In this document: one piece after another, positions 20,335-32,201 of the stretch
Layout: every line of letters begins with the position of its first letter
How positions within the stretch are numbered: position 1 is the stretch's first letter
DNA from: an uncultured Nitrospiraceae bacterium
Lineage (GTDB): Bacteria; Nitrospirota; Nitrospiria; Nitrospirales; Nitrospiraceae
DNA length: 64,000 bases
Reading direction: 5' to 3'
Assembly: GCA_963730935.1 (NCBI GenBank)
Contig: CAVSTP010000004.1
Coordinates: 1,120,001 to 1,184,000, forward strand
Made by a program: the position numbers and the translations under genes
The notes under the pieces: generated by a model
Database searches by the model: none
What the model was told of the DNA's origin: nothing
The model's input: the letters and a program-made list of their open reading frames with translations, nothing else

Positions 20335-21582
20335 TCATTGCCCCCGGTGGATGGCGCTGTTCATGGTACCAAGCAGCAAACCATGTAGCCGCTTTGCAAT
20401 TTCTTTCCTGCTGTAGAATTTCTCGGCAGCGAGTCGGCCCGCTTGCCCGAATTGCTTACGTAACGCTAAAGAGGACGCTAATTGGCGGACGGCTTGTTCA
20501 AGACCATTGAGATCGTCGTAGGGAACCGCTAGACCGGCTTTGGCCTCCACAATGCGCCGAGCGGGCTCGCCTACTCCACCAAATAGGATCGGCAACCCGC
20601 TGGCCATCGCCTCGTAGATTTTGCTAGGGACAGCGCCCGGAATTGCAAACTTCAACACGGTAAAGACCCCGTCTGCAGCCGCAAGCAAGGAAGGAATCTT
20701 TTCCTTGGGCTGAGGGCGCAAGATCTTGACATTGTCTAGCTTTTCAGCTTCAACTCGACGTGTGAGCAATTGACGCTCAGGGCCCTCGCCAACGAGCACA
20801 AACTGCACATGGCTCAAATCACGGACTCTTGCGGCCACATCAAGGATCCGTTCCAGACCCTGCGCCACTCCCATAAGCCCTGCGTAAATAAAGGTGATGC
20901 GGCCATTCGCACCCAGTAGTGATCGGGCGTCAGCATCGGCATGTTGGGGGCCGAACCTGTCGATATCGACACCGTTGGTAATGACCTCAGCCGGAGTTGA
21001 AGATCGCTGTCGGACGGATGCCACGATTTCATCCGACTGCCCAGTGACTAAAGCGGCACGCCGGTAGTAAGAGAGCTCGAGTTTCTCCGCCAAGTTCAGC
21101 AACAGCTGGTTTTTCACAACTCCCATGCGCTTAGCCGATTCCGGCCAGAGATCCGATACATTGAAGACATAGGGAATACGCCAATGCTTGGACAGGGCGG
21201 CGGCCGCGAGCCCAATAAAGAGCGGGGGCGACTCGACAAACAAGACGTCCGGCTTCTTGCACAGTTTCTTTCCCCAACGGATCGCAGAGAAGACGAATGA
21301 GTAAAAGCAAACTAGGCGGTTCACGAACCCGCTTTGGGCCGGCCTCAACGGAACTCGGACAACGGAAAGCCGCCCAAGAGATTCTCGTGTGGGCTTGCCT
21401 GGATCGTATCCTTGGTAGACACGGCCTGTAGGATAATTGGGCAAGGCCGTGAGAACCTCGACATCCCACCCCAAGCCTGACAGTTCTTGACCAAGTTCAA
21501 ACAGGCGTGTCTGAGGAGCGCCCATCTCAGGAGGAAAATATTGAGTCAACAAGAGTAAGCGCGGCATTCCGGTGTTATTCAT
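20335..21582 (-). CDS. GT4 glycosyltransferase, WbuB-like
   Basis: 'TQYFPPEMGA', 'PNYPTG', 'ESPPLF', 'DLWPES', 'PSKIYEAMASG'. Confidence 0.9.
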   Translation of the reverse strand: MNNTGMPRLLLLTQYFPPEMGAPQTRLFELGQELSGLGWDVEVLTALPNYPTGRVYQGYDPGKPTRESLGRLSVVRVPLRPAQSGFVNRLVCFYSFVFSAIRWGKKLCKKPDVLFVESPPLFIGLAAAALSKHWRIPYVFNVSDLWPESAKRMGVVKNQLLLNLAEKLELSYYRRAALVTGQSDEIVASVRQRSSTPAEVITNGVDIDRFGPQHADADARSLLGANGRITFIYAGLMGVAQGLERILDVAARVRDLSHVQFVLVGEGPERQLLTRRVEAEKLDNVKILRPQPKEKIPSLLAAADGVFTVLKFAIPGAVPSKIYEAMASGLPILFGGVGEPARRIVEAKAGLAVPYDDLNGLEQAVRQLASSLALRKQFGQAGRLAAEKFYSRKEIAKRLHGLLLGTMNSAIHRGQ

Positions 21583-21615
21583 GAACTGTTGTCCATGGAT
21601 CTGCTTCAGTCTCTG

Positions 21616-22332
21616 TCATCGACTGATTTTCCGAATGGTGCCCAGATAATGAGTGTTGAGTATTCGTAGGCGCTCAAGACCATAACAGCCAAGCCATGTC
21701 CAAGGAGCCAGCACGCGGCTCAAGGGGGGAAGCAGACTGACTTTCTTAAACTCAATGCGGCAGTCCGGGAAAAGGCGTGCGATCTCTGGTTTCATTATCC
21801 CGCGCGTGTCGCGATTCCTGGGATTATTCACGTAGAAGTCGTACCACAGGATCCTACCTTCATCCTTGAGGACACGAAGCATTTCACTAGCCAGCGTCTG
21901 CTTCATATCGACATCAAGTATGGAGGAAAAAACTGTGAATTGAGCGACGACATCAAAACTACTGTCATCGAACGGCATCTTGCTAGCGTTAGCGCACCGT
22001 AGATCTACACCTTGAGGACATAGCTGCCGAGCTCTTTCAACACGGTCAGGAAGAAGATCGATTCCCTTCACCTTATCCGGGGATGCGCCCCATTTGATGA
22101 ACTCGCGGAGCCAATTTCCATTACCACAGCCAATTTCAAGGATGGCTTTATTACCTAGTTCATTTAACCCTTCGGATCGGAGTAATGTCAGAATTCGTCT
22201 TTCCAATTGCTGAATATAAAAAAGATACCCCGGGCTGAACCATGAATAGAGAGGTATTCCTCGTCGAAGCGCATACACACACTTTATACGTGCTTCTTCT
22301 GATTCGAGATCAGTTTTAATTTGATGCACCAT
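21616..22332 (-). CDS. Class I SAM-dependent methyltransferase
   Basis: 'ILEIGCGNG', 'FDVVAQFTVFSSILD'. Start uncertain (ATG 22332 or 22356). Confidence 0.88.
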   Translation of the reverse strand: MVHQIKTDLESEEARIKCVYALRRGIPLYSWFSPGYLFYIQQLERRILTLLRSEGLNELGNKAILEIGCGNGNWLREFIKWGASPDKVKGIDLLPDRVERARQLCPQGVDLRCANASKMPFDDSSFDVVAQFTVFSSILDVDMKQTLASEMLRVLKDEGRILWYDFYVNNPRNRDTRGIMKPEIARLFPDCRIEFKKVSLLPPLSRVLAPWTWLGCYGLERLRILNTHYLGTIRKISR

Positions 22333-22467
22333 TATTTCAGCCTTGAACTTGTGCAACCGGGCTGCTTGTGAAGGTATGAACCCTTAGCTTGGAGAAAAAA
22401 TTCTCCCCAATCCTCATCTGACCTGACCTACCTTCCATACAAATTGCCCAACAGCTTACGTAAAGTG

Positions 22468-22497
22468 TTGACTTCTAACTTTATAAATCAGTATCTT
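22468..22497 (+). promoter_or_regulatory. Possible sigma70-type promoter for the beta-helix gene
   Basis: TTGACT-N18-TATCTT in an AT-rich divergent intergenic region. Confidence 0.3.
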
Positions 22498-22594
22498 GGA
22501 GTCGGTTTTGAGTGGCACGCGTTATGCTTCACACGGTTTAACCTTGCAGGAATCGGAAGTACACTTTATTCTCCATTAGAGGTAGAGGTGATTG

Positions 22595-23830
22595 ATGTTG
22601 AAGTCTGCTTTTTATCACAAAGTTCTAAGGGTCCTATGCGTGACTCTGTCCATTCTCATTGGAACAGTGACGGTCGATGCCGCAACTTACTATGTAGCAA
22701 CTACAGGAAACGACTCTAATCCGGGTACGGCGAATCAGCCGTTTCGAACCATTGTTAGAGGTGTGAAGGTCCTGAGAGCCGGTGACAGACTCTACATTCG
22801 TAGCGGAACTTATGGGGAACATATCGACAGTAATGCGTTAACCATTCCGACTGGCACTTCATGGAGCGATGCACCTATCATCTCTGGCCACCCAGGAGAA
22901 AGAGTAATACTTGCGCCAGGATCGGCTCAAATTATCAACTTACCGCATGCCTATATCCAATATGTGAGTTTTGAGAACCTGGTGTTGGATGGACAGAATA
23001 CAAGCAACGAGACGATCAGTGTTGGTTCCTCAGGCGCCCATCACATTCGATTCATAAAAGTAGAGGTCAAAAACGGGGGACATCACGGCGTGACTTTTCA
23101 CTATCCGGGGCACCATATGAGCTTTTCTGGAGGCTCTGTCCACCATATCGGCAACGTCTCGCTCTACCCAAGCCCCGCCTACAAGAATTATGGTTTCTAC
23201 GTCGAAACCTCAGATTGCCTTATAGAGGACACGGAGATCTACAATACAAACAATTACGGGATTCACAACTACACCGGGTTCATAAGCACTAGTAACAATG
23301 TCTATCGCCGCCTGCGCGTCCATCATACAGCGCTACTTGATCCGAGTATGTCCGGCATTCTCTTGAGTAAGGGTGACAACATCAGGGTTTACAATAACCT
23401 GCTGTATTCAAACACCGGTCATGGCATCCAAATTTCGGCATCGGCAACCAGGGCCCAAGTCTACAACAATACGGTATATGGTGGGTCGCAGACCGGCATT
23501 CAAATCCAACGTTCCGTCGTCGGAGCCGCCGTTGTCAACAATATCTCCTATGGTAACGCCAGCGCGCAGATTTCGGACAGTGGAACCGGGACTATTCTTT
23601 CAAAAAACATCACTACTGACCCACGCTTCATGAGTGCAGGCACTTTTGATTTCGGCCTCCAATCGAGCAGCCCTGCGATAGATGCAGGGGATATCCTGAA
23701 TGAGGTCACCACGGATATAAGGCTACTTGCACGACCGCAAGGCACCTCATATGATGTCGGCGCCTATGAAGGCTCTGGAGGAGGAGGGTCGTCCGCACTA
23801 GGTTCACCACGGAATTTGAGAGTGCATTAA
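22595..23830 (+). CDS. Secreted right-handed parallel beta-helix protein (pectin-lyase fold, DUF1565-like start)
   Basis: Signal peptide ending 'VDA-ATYYVATTGNDSNPGT..PFRTI'; Asn/Gly-ladder repeats; 'SSPAIDAG...RPQG..YDVGAYE'. Confidence 0.85.
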   Translation: MLKSAFYHKVLRVLCVTLSILIGTVTVDAATYYVATTGNDSNPGTANQPFRTIVRGVKVLRAGDRLYIRSGTYGEHIDSNALTIPTGTSWSDAPIISGHPGERVILAPGSAQIINLPHAYIQYVSFENLVLDGQNTSNETISVGSSGAHHIRFIKVEVKNGGHHGVTFHYPGHHMSFSGGSVHHIGNVSLYPSPAYKNYGFYVETSDCLIEDTEIYNTNNYGIHNYTGFISTSNNVYRRLRVHHTALLDPSMSGILLSKGDNIRVYNNLLYSNTGHGIQISASATRAQVYNNTVYGGSQTGIQIQRSVVGAAVVNNISYGNASAQISDSGTGTILSKNITTDPRFMSAGTFDFGLQSSSPAIDAGDILNEVTTDIRLLARPQGTSYDVGAYEGSGGGGSSALGSPRNLRVH

Positions 23831-23842
23831 TAGGTCTTTGAG

Positions 23843-25241
23843 TCAAACCTTCTCGTCTTGAGGAGGAAGTTTAGAGATTACAGCCCTGAATTTCCCATTT
23901 ACTCCTCGAGGCACCTGCGAGATTGATTCCATCACTACATCCACAATTCCCATCCGCTCCCGGAGTCTTTGGGCAATCAGCATTTCGTGCTTTGGCTTAA
24001 AGTCTGGAGTAGGCACATATCGCACTCTCACACGGTTGAGCGCTTCTTGAATGATTTGAGCTTCATGTATGGGGAGATCGCCTTTAAACAAAGGATCGAG
24101 TCTCCCTATCCTCCTACCATCGATCGTATGAAGTACATCATCAGCTCTCCCATCGATTGATTTCACTATGGGTAGAGTCCGTCCGCATTGGCAGGCAGCA
24201 GAATCGTCGGCCGACACTCCTCGATCCCCTGTTCTGTAACGGATTAACGGCATATCGGCGTTCAGTATGCCCGTACATATCAAATCGCCGGAAACGCCAT
24301 GTGGCACAGCGCGGCCGTCTTCCATGACCTCAGTCCAGCCGACTTCTGGCCACATGTGCAAGCCGTTCTGCGGACATTCGCTGGCTGCTGCGACAATTTC
24401 TGCCATCCCGTAGGTTTCTCGTACCGGACATTTAAACGCTTGAGCGATGGTGTCGCGTTGGTAGTCATAGAGGGGTTCAGCATTTGTGATTGCTGAGTGA
24501 CATCCAAATCTTGCTTTTTGGCTTCCAAAGCAGCCTGTGCCAAGGCATAGAGGGAGGAGGAGTACCCATAGAGGTAAGTAATTTCATAACGAGCAATCGC
24601 ATTGAGATAGTGTCCCACGAGATCAGGCGCTAAATGGTACGACGACATATAGAGTTGGTTCAGCCCTTTGTTCCATACCCAGAAAGGCGGCTGCCGTTGG
24701 CTGACTGGAGTGACGAGTTGACCTCCCAACATTGCCCAACGGTCATGTCGAGAAAGGCCGTGCCACCGCCGCCATCGAGCCTCCGCAATTGCATACCATT
24801 CTCGAACCGTTTTCAGAGTCCACCATAGATCCAATGGCTTGCCACTGGTTCCGCTGGTGTGCTCTCTGAACATTTTCCGCACATCACAGTCATCGGCGAC
24901 AAAGGCGCGCGCGTTATTTCTGATAGAGTCCTTCTCAAGGATCGGCCAATTTTCCAAGTACTGCCACGAAGTCTTGTCGCCTTTCATGCGGCGAGCAGTC
25001 CACAGTTCCCGATAGTACGGGACTTTGGTCGCCGCACGATGCAGCACATATCCAAGGCGCTCCTCATGCCAGAATTTCCACTTAGACGCAGACCAGTACT
25101 CTCGATCAAGCGCTTCTTCGACTAGGCGATCAGTCTCGGCCCCGTAACGCCAGGAATGAAGATAAAATCCCCTAAGACTAGCGGCTACCAACGCAGCGGC
25201 GCTGGAAGGCAATGGTAGATTGTGAGCAGAGTGTCCTTCAT
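23843..25241 (-). pseudogene. Phenylacetate-CoA ligase family (CapK-like) adenylating enzyme, two frameshifts
   Basis: 'TSGTSGKP', 'YGMAE', 'MPLIRYRTGD', 'GRADD'. Frame breaks near 25190 and 24495. Confidence 0.82.
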
Positions 25242-26300
25242 CGGTTATGTTTGCCGGCGACGTCGATCAATAGACGCTCCCATCTTGGCAGGATGTTTGA
25301 CCAATCAAACTCCTCCACTTTTCAACGTGCGTATAAGATAGCCGCTGGGCTAATCCATCTTCGGTTAAAAGGCGCCGCGCTGCTTTGGCCATGCACGTAT
25401 CGTCATCGCTGGGAACAAGAAGTGCATCATGCTCATTTTCCAGCATATACAGGGATGCACCGACATTTGTGCTGATAATGCATAGACCAGAGGCCATAGC
25501 CTCGAGAACGCTCACTGGTGTATTGTCCACTCGAGCCGTATTCAGAAAGATATCCCCTTCATGAAGTCGCTGTGGAATGTCCTCTTTACGGACAGGACCC
25601 GCCATTGAATTCTGTCTACAACACCAAGCTTTACCGCTAAATTGTTCACCGCTTGAAGACTCCCATCCTCTTTATCAGGACCCATCATGAGCAACTGAGC
25701 ACTTGGGAAGTCTTCTACCAGACACGCAAGGACACGCACGGCGAGCGAAGGATTGTAGACATCATGAAAAGCCCTAAGCCATACCAATCTAGGAGCTGGA
25801 TTCATACGATGCTTAAATGAATACACGGCCAGATTCAATGGATTGGGCAAGAGAAACAGGTCCTGGCGGTAGGGACGCATCTGCTTGAAGAGGTAGGGTG
25901 AAGGTGCGATGACAATGGAGGCACTTTGCAGTAAGTGCGGAACCCTTTTACCAGTGTCCTGAGCAAACGCTGGAAGATTCCCACCACGAAGTATCAAGAC
26001 GTACGGCTTCTTCATGAATCGTAAAGCCCAAGCGACGAGCTCTGCCCAGACGAATGCAAGGCCGCTATAAACATCGACCTGCGCAACCGCATATCGGTGT
26101 CTGTGCCGCCATACAGTCCAAAGAAAATCCAATAGGCGGGTGAAGCGATTACGCCTATCAGACGTTGTGAGCACTGACCAACCATCAGTCTTGAGCCTAG
26201 CCGCAAGGTCTTCGCATACACCGCGAGTTCCCGCCGCCGCTGATAGAAAATTTCCGACTAGGAGCACTGGAGGCCGATGACGAATCTCAGAATCCTGCAT
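25238..26300 (-). pseudogene. GT4 glycosyltransferase, two frameshifts
   Basis: 'DNTPVSVLEAMASG'. Breaks near 25605 and 25330; restored tail 'VEEFDWSNILPRWERLL' ends with ATGA overlapping the next start. Confidence 0.8.
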
Positions 26301-26390
26301 TTGATTGGGTCTACTTGTTTTTGTTGCTTATCCGAGAGCTGAGTCGACGGATTTCTAGTATGCGAGCGGTGCTGGTCGGGTGGGATGAGT

Positions 26391-27594
26391 CTATCGCTTC
26401 GAAAACCGTTTTAGTCCACCAGCCAACCAACGTAAGATCATTCCCGCATGCTCTAGACGAGCCTTTTTTAGAGACTCTAAGACAAATGACCAATTGCCGT
26501 GAAGAATATGAAACCAAATGACCTTGACGATGCCTATGGTGTTTCGTTCGGCCCGCTGCTGTTTAAAAGCTTCAAGAAAGTTCCTTTTCAGTTCATCACT
26601 GATCCGCGCGAGCCGAGTAAGAATATTTATGCCTCGCACACCGTTGGCCCAGTGGACCTTGCAATCATCACCAATCCAAATAGGAAGTGCGGTCAACTCT
26701 GCCACACCATGCCGGTCCATGACACATAAAAAAACCGCACTTTCGTTCTGCTCCCGCACCATCACTGGCGTTTTTACGTTGCCTTCTGTCCAATCAAATA
26801 TGAAGTTGCCTAGGTTATAACAGCACCACCCACGCCTCTCAGGGGTTACCTGTACTCCTTGGAGGATATGTGCATGGTGCATCAAAATGAGGTCGGCACC
26901 TTCGGCCATAAGGAATTCAGCCATCGCCTTGTGCTCTGGACGAGGATAGTCCATGTACATCAATCCGATGTGAATAGACACAATCAACAGGTCTACGTCG
27001 GCCCGATTACGCTTGGTCGCGTCAAGCAACTCGTCTTCGGAGAATTCCCAGTAGTGCGGTCCTAAAGCACCTTGAGCAATCAGCGTTCGTCCGCAGCCCA
27101 GCCAGCCAATGCGAAGCCCGTTTATATCCGTCCTGACTAACGCCTGAGCTGAAGCAGGATTGTCGCCAACCCCGAGCGGAACCAAATCTGCTTTCATTAC
27201 TGCATCGAGCGTTGCAACAAGCCCGGCACTGCCGTAATCGTAGACGTGATTATTGGCCAAACTTATCAAGTCGAATCCACTTCTCTTGAGGAGTGCTGCA
27301 CCAGTCGCAGGAGCTGAGAACAGCTGGTTGGGAGCAAATCTCCCCGCTAAGAGGTGACTCTAAATTACCAAAGGTAATATCAGCGTTATGAAAGAGCGGG
27401 ACAATCTCTCAGCAAAGAGTTCATCCGATGCCTCTGTGGAGCGCAAATTCGCTGTGAGCACAACCAGAAAGACCGATATCCCCAACAGCGCACACCTGAA
27501 CCGTCGGTCCTACAGTGGGAAACTTTGTTATCAGTAGTGCAGAGAGGTCGTCTGGCACTAGATCTGTGATGGTTCGAGCCTTAACAACTGACAT
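26391..27594 (-). pseudogene. CapA / PGA_cap metallophosphoesterase-fold protein, frameshifted
   Basis: 'AVGDIGL', 'SLANNHVYDYG', 'VSIHIG', 'HHAHILQG', 'YNLGNFIFD', with the N-terminal motif in a separate ORF. Confidence 0.8.
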
Positions 27595-27746
27595 TCCGCG
27601 GGATTCTCCTGACTCATGGTAGACCTTTGCTATCAATGTAGTCACGTTCAGAAGGGATAGAGTGGTTCTCCTCCGGAAGATGCCAACCATCTCCGCCGAT
27701 GCTGCACATTGCTCAGTTCACGAACGGTGGAGACGGCTCACAATCG

Positions 27747-29682
27747 TCAAGCTATGTCAACATATTGCCTAGCCCATAACTCAAACATAAGCAGGATCCA
27801 AACGCGGTGCCGCAGTTGATAGGTGCTGATATCCAATGCATTTCCAGCCTTTTCAGACAAAATCGCCCCGCGTAAGCGCTCGACAGCTTTCAGATTGAAC
27901 ATGCCTCTACGTTTCACTGATTCTGCTGAAAGGCAATCATCCAGTAATGTTCTTAGCTCACCGCCCTTGAACCAAGCCCCGAAGGGGACCTCAAAGCCAG
28001 ACTTGCCCCGGGTGGTTATTTCGCGCGGAAGTACATCAGCCATGGCTTCTTTGAATATAGCTTTCTTCTGTGTCCATGTGAGCTTCATTTCCGTTGGGAT
28101 CGTTGCCGAAAATTCTACAAGTTTATGATCCAAGAATGGGCAACGCACTTCGAGAGAGCAGGCCATCGACATCCTATCACTTTCACTAGGGCATCGTCGG
28201 CCAGTTGGTTTCCAGATATAGAGCCATGAACGCTGCCACAAGATATTCTGATCAGTAAACTTTGCTAATCGGTCGCCCACAATATCCAGGCTAGAAACAC
28301 CATTCGTGATACGGCGAAATCAGCTCGTATAAGGCAGGCTAATCCCTTGGCAAAGTAACTTAACAAGCGCAGAATGCGCTCGGGTTCTGAGGCTCGGCTT
28401 AAAGAGAGCGCCTTCTCCAGGCGCCGAAGCTTTTCGCGGGCCCCAGCCCATCGAGAAGAGAGCAGCGCGAGGCTCTCTCGGCATACCCAACCCGTACCCG
28501 CAGCGACTGGCCAAGGCACACGGCCCAACCACCCCAGCCAACGTACGTACTGATAGCGCGGATACCCGGCAAACAATTCATCCCCTCCATCCCCCGAAAG
28601 CGCAACAGTGACGTGCTTGCGAGCCAGCTTTGACACCTGGAAAGTGGCCATGGCGGAAGAATCAGCAAACGGCTCGTCGAGATACCAAACCAAGCGCTGT
28701 AGTAACTCAGCCCCTATCGGCCGCACAACTTCTTCAGTATGATCTGTGCCAAAAGCTCGCGAGACAATCCGGGCATAGTGAGTTTCATCGAATCGACTAT
28801 CCTCAAAGCCCATGCTGAATGTTTTCACTGAACCAATGAGTGCTTCTTGACTCATTAGCCCTACCACGGCTGAAGAGTCCACACCGCCACTAAGGAATGC
28901 TCCTAAAGGTACGTCACTTCGCAGGCACATACGAACTGACTCTCTCATCCTATCCCGCAGCCCTTCGACGAAATAGGATCGCGGCTTCGTGCGATCAGGT
29001 TGTGGCCGTACCTGCCAGTACCGACTCACCTGTATGGAGCCGGAACCGGTATTGGCGACCAGCATATGGGCGGGTGGCAGTTTGCTGACGCTCCTCAAGA
29101 TGGACTTAGGAGCAGGCACGTAGAGAAAAGTTAAATAGTGATGAACCGCTTCCGGATCGACCTCACGGACCAACTTCGGCCACTGCAATAGCGCTTTTAT
29201 CTCAGATCCAAAAGCCAGCTGATTGTCACGTACCGCCCAAAACAAAGGCTTTTCCCCAATGCGATCTCGAACCAAGATCAGTCGCCGGTTGGGACTGTCC
29301 CACAGGGCAATGGCAAACATGCCGCGGAAACGCTGCACAAAGTCTATGCCATAGGCTTCATAAGCGTGGACAATGACTTCCGTATCCGACTGAGTACGAA
29401 ATTGATGACCTAATTTCTGCAGCTCCACTCGTAATTCGACAAAGTTATAGATTTCTCCATTGAACATAGCCCAGATTTTCTTGTTCTCATTGCAAACCGG
29501 TTGATGTCCTGTCTCTAAATCAATAACCCGAAGGCGGCGAAATCCAAACGCCATGGGGCCATCAATCAGAGAGCCTTCTTCATCAGGCCCTCGATGGACG
29601 AGGGCTGAGGCCATCCGTGTCACAACAAGCGGCTCTCTGAAGGGCACGGCATAAGATTCAATATTCCGGCAATTCCACACAC
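27747..29682 (-). pseudogene. asnB: Asparagine synthase (glutamine-hydrolysing) family amidotransferase 1, several frameshifts
   Basis: GTG-TGT-GGA-ATT ('MCGIAG') at 29682; 'HRGPD', 'FNGEIYN', 'LSGGVDSS', 'SGDGGDELFAGY', 'DRMSMACSLEVRCPFLD'. Confidence 0.85.
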
Positions 29683-29878
29683 AGCACAGCTCCCATCGTT
29701 TGCCAAGGCTTAATGACGGTTCACGATCTTGAATTGTCGTCGACGATCAACTTTTTGTGCGTTTTCTAGAATCATTTGACAGTTAGTGAGCAAAGAGACT
29801 CGGCAGGGTTTATTGAACTTATCACCTAAGATTCAGCCCACTATGCAAACGTCAAAACCTCGTACGAGATTTTGTTTC

Positions 29879-30994
29879 TCATGCCATTCCTCTCGCCACA
29901 TACGCATTCTCGTAAATTGTAACCATCCGTGCCACCATCGATTCGACACTGAATTCACAGATCATTTTTTCCATCCCAGCTTTACCCATGCGTTGGCGCA
30001 AGCCAGGGTCAAGCAGGAGTTTCTGGAGATGCTCCGCCAAACAATTTACATCATTGGGCTTTACAAGAAATCCTGTAGCACCGTCGTCGATCAGTTCTGG
30101 GACTCCTGCTACATCTGAAGCAACTACGGGAAGCCCTGCGGCCGAAGCTTCCATGACCACATTAGGCATACCTTCCTGATTGATGGAGGGCATGCAATGC
30201 ACATCAAAGGCAGAGTAGTATGTCATTGCGTTAGGAATAGCACCTAGGAAGTAGAAACTGTCCTTAGGCAAACATGAAGCCGCTTGTTGCTTAAGATCCG
30301 GCAGTATGGGACCGTCACCGAGCATGACAAGTGTAAATGGCACTCGTCTGTTGGCAATCACTTTAAGCGCCTGAATCAATAAAGAGAAGTTTTTTCTGGC
30401 ACCATAGAGCCTACCGCACCGATTATCGGCGATGAACTCGATATGCCGAGGCGCGTGCGCAGTTGTTGTTTACCTTGCCAGCTCATCGCGTGTCGGGGGA
30501 TTTCTCCGCCATTAGGCACTACATTCACGGTGAGATGAGGACGATGACTTCGGAGGAATTGAGCGGCTGGCCTGCTATTGGTTATCAGCGCATCCTGGCC
30601 CCACAAAGACAAGTTATACCATGTACCTAACGCTTTCTGAGAGGCATGTTGATTACAACGCTCAGAGCCCACACGTATCGGTATGCCGGCGAGGCGGCCA
30701 CCCATTGCGGCATAGAAATTCGTATGCATTGTCCAGGAATGCACTAGATTCACTCGTGCAGCCTTCAAAATCTTCCGAATTTCAAGCAATCGAAACACAC
30801 GAGGCACATTCATTCTTGTCTGATAGACCGGTACGCCGACTTCGAGGAGTGCTTTCTCCCAATACTCTCCTTTTCGATGACTTATGTAATCACAGAGACC
30901 TCCCAGCCTTTCTCAAGCAATCCTCTAGCAAGTAAAAAGAGCTGCCTCTCAGCGCCACCTAGACCTAATTGACCGGTATAAAACTTATTCCCAT
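29879..30994 (-). pseudogene. GT4 glycosyltransferase, three frameshifts
   Basis: 'GQLGLGGAERQL' near the start and 'EGMPNVVMEA'. Breaks near 30980, 30885 and at the T-run 30390-30395. Confidence 0.8.
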
Positions 30995-31134
30995 GCGACT
31001 ATTAATCACGATGGCGAAACCTTATGAAGGTAAGAACAGGTACGCTCTTAGATGAGATTCCACCGTTACCGTACAAGAATTCGTGAGACTAGAACCTAGC
31101 AAGGCTCCTAAAACTGAGGCAGATTTTGTTGCTG

Positions 31135-32201
31135 CTACGAGACCAGTGGCTGGGTTTGAACGCTATAGCGGTCAGATTGATAAACTCGATTAAGAAGATC
31201 TATCAGGATTCGTCCTGAGGCCAGATGTGACCTTCATGCCAAGTCATGCTGGCATCCCAATATCCGGGACACGAATAGACAGCTTGCGCATTGTAACAAT
31301 AGCTCACTTCAACGATGAGCGGTCGCCGACTTTCGGTCAAGACAAAATCAAAGGCCATACTTTGTGATTTCGCCTTCTGCGCCACATCGAAGGCTATCTC
31401 AACACACACCTGATGAATTCGCCCTGAATCATACACGATATCCCCGCTGCCTGACGCTCGAAAGTCGCCTGGACGAACGTTTCGAGTAAAAGCAAATGCA
31501 CGATCGCCGATGACAGTCACACGGGTATCAAAATTGTTATTAGGAATGAATTCTTGAAAATATACATAGCCATTTTCCGATCCCATCAAACGCTTCATGT
31601 CTCAAATCCTGGCTAAGACTTCGGGGATTCTTTTCACAACCTTTAAAAGATCGCCTCGCTTGCTGGCTGCACGATAGCGCCTTACGGCATCTTGGCCATA
31701 ATGGGGAACCGGAGAGAAGCCGGTGGAAAAGGCTCGTCTCGTCAGTGCAGACGCTTCCTTTGCACTCCGTACGAGCCTCACATTACTAGAGCCTGCTCCC
31801 TTGCGTAGCTTGAAAACCTTGGGATAGGACGTTTCATCAATCCAATGCAACGCGTCATCGAGGCTATAGAAAACATATGTGGGAACCAGCGGAGCGCCGA
31901 TGGCCTCCAACAGATACTTTTGAGCGATTTTGTCGTCAAAATGCCAACAAGTGGCTGTACTGGGAAATACAGTAAGGCCCATGGTTTCTGCAGCCATGAT
32001 GAGATTGCGGGCCATAAGCTGTTCACGCGGATCCGTGTGATTCCAGTTCCACAGCAACGCTTTGGATGATGCCAGTTGATCGATAATATCCGGCTTAAAG
32101 CAGTTGACTAGCCTGTAAGGAATCGCATGCTGATCGCAATAGGCGATCCAACGATCAGAGTAGCTGTTCTTACGATCGTGGATGGCTAGGCCCTTCATCA
32201 T
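31135..32201 (-). pseudogene. RimK-like ATP-grasp ligase, interrupted by an in-frame TGA and a 3' frameshift
   Basis: 'DDKIAQKY', 'PKVFKLRKGAGSSNV', 'YFQEFIP', 'DFRASGSG', 'AFDF...IVEVS'. TGA at 31602-31604. Confidence 0.8.
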
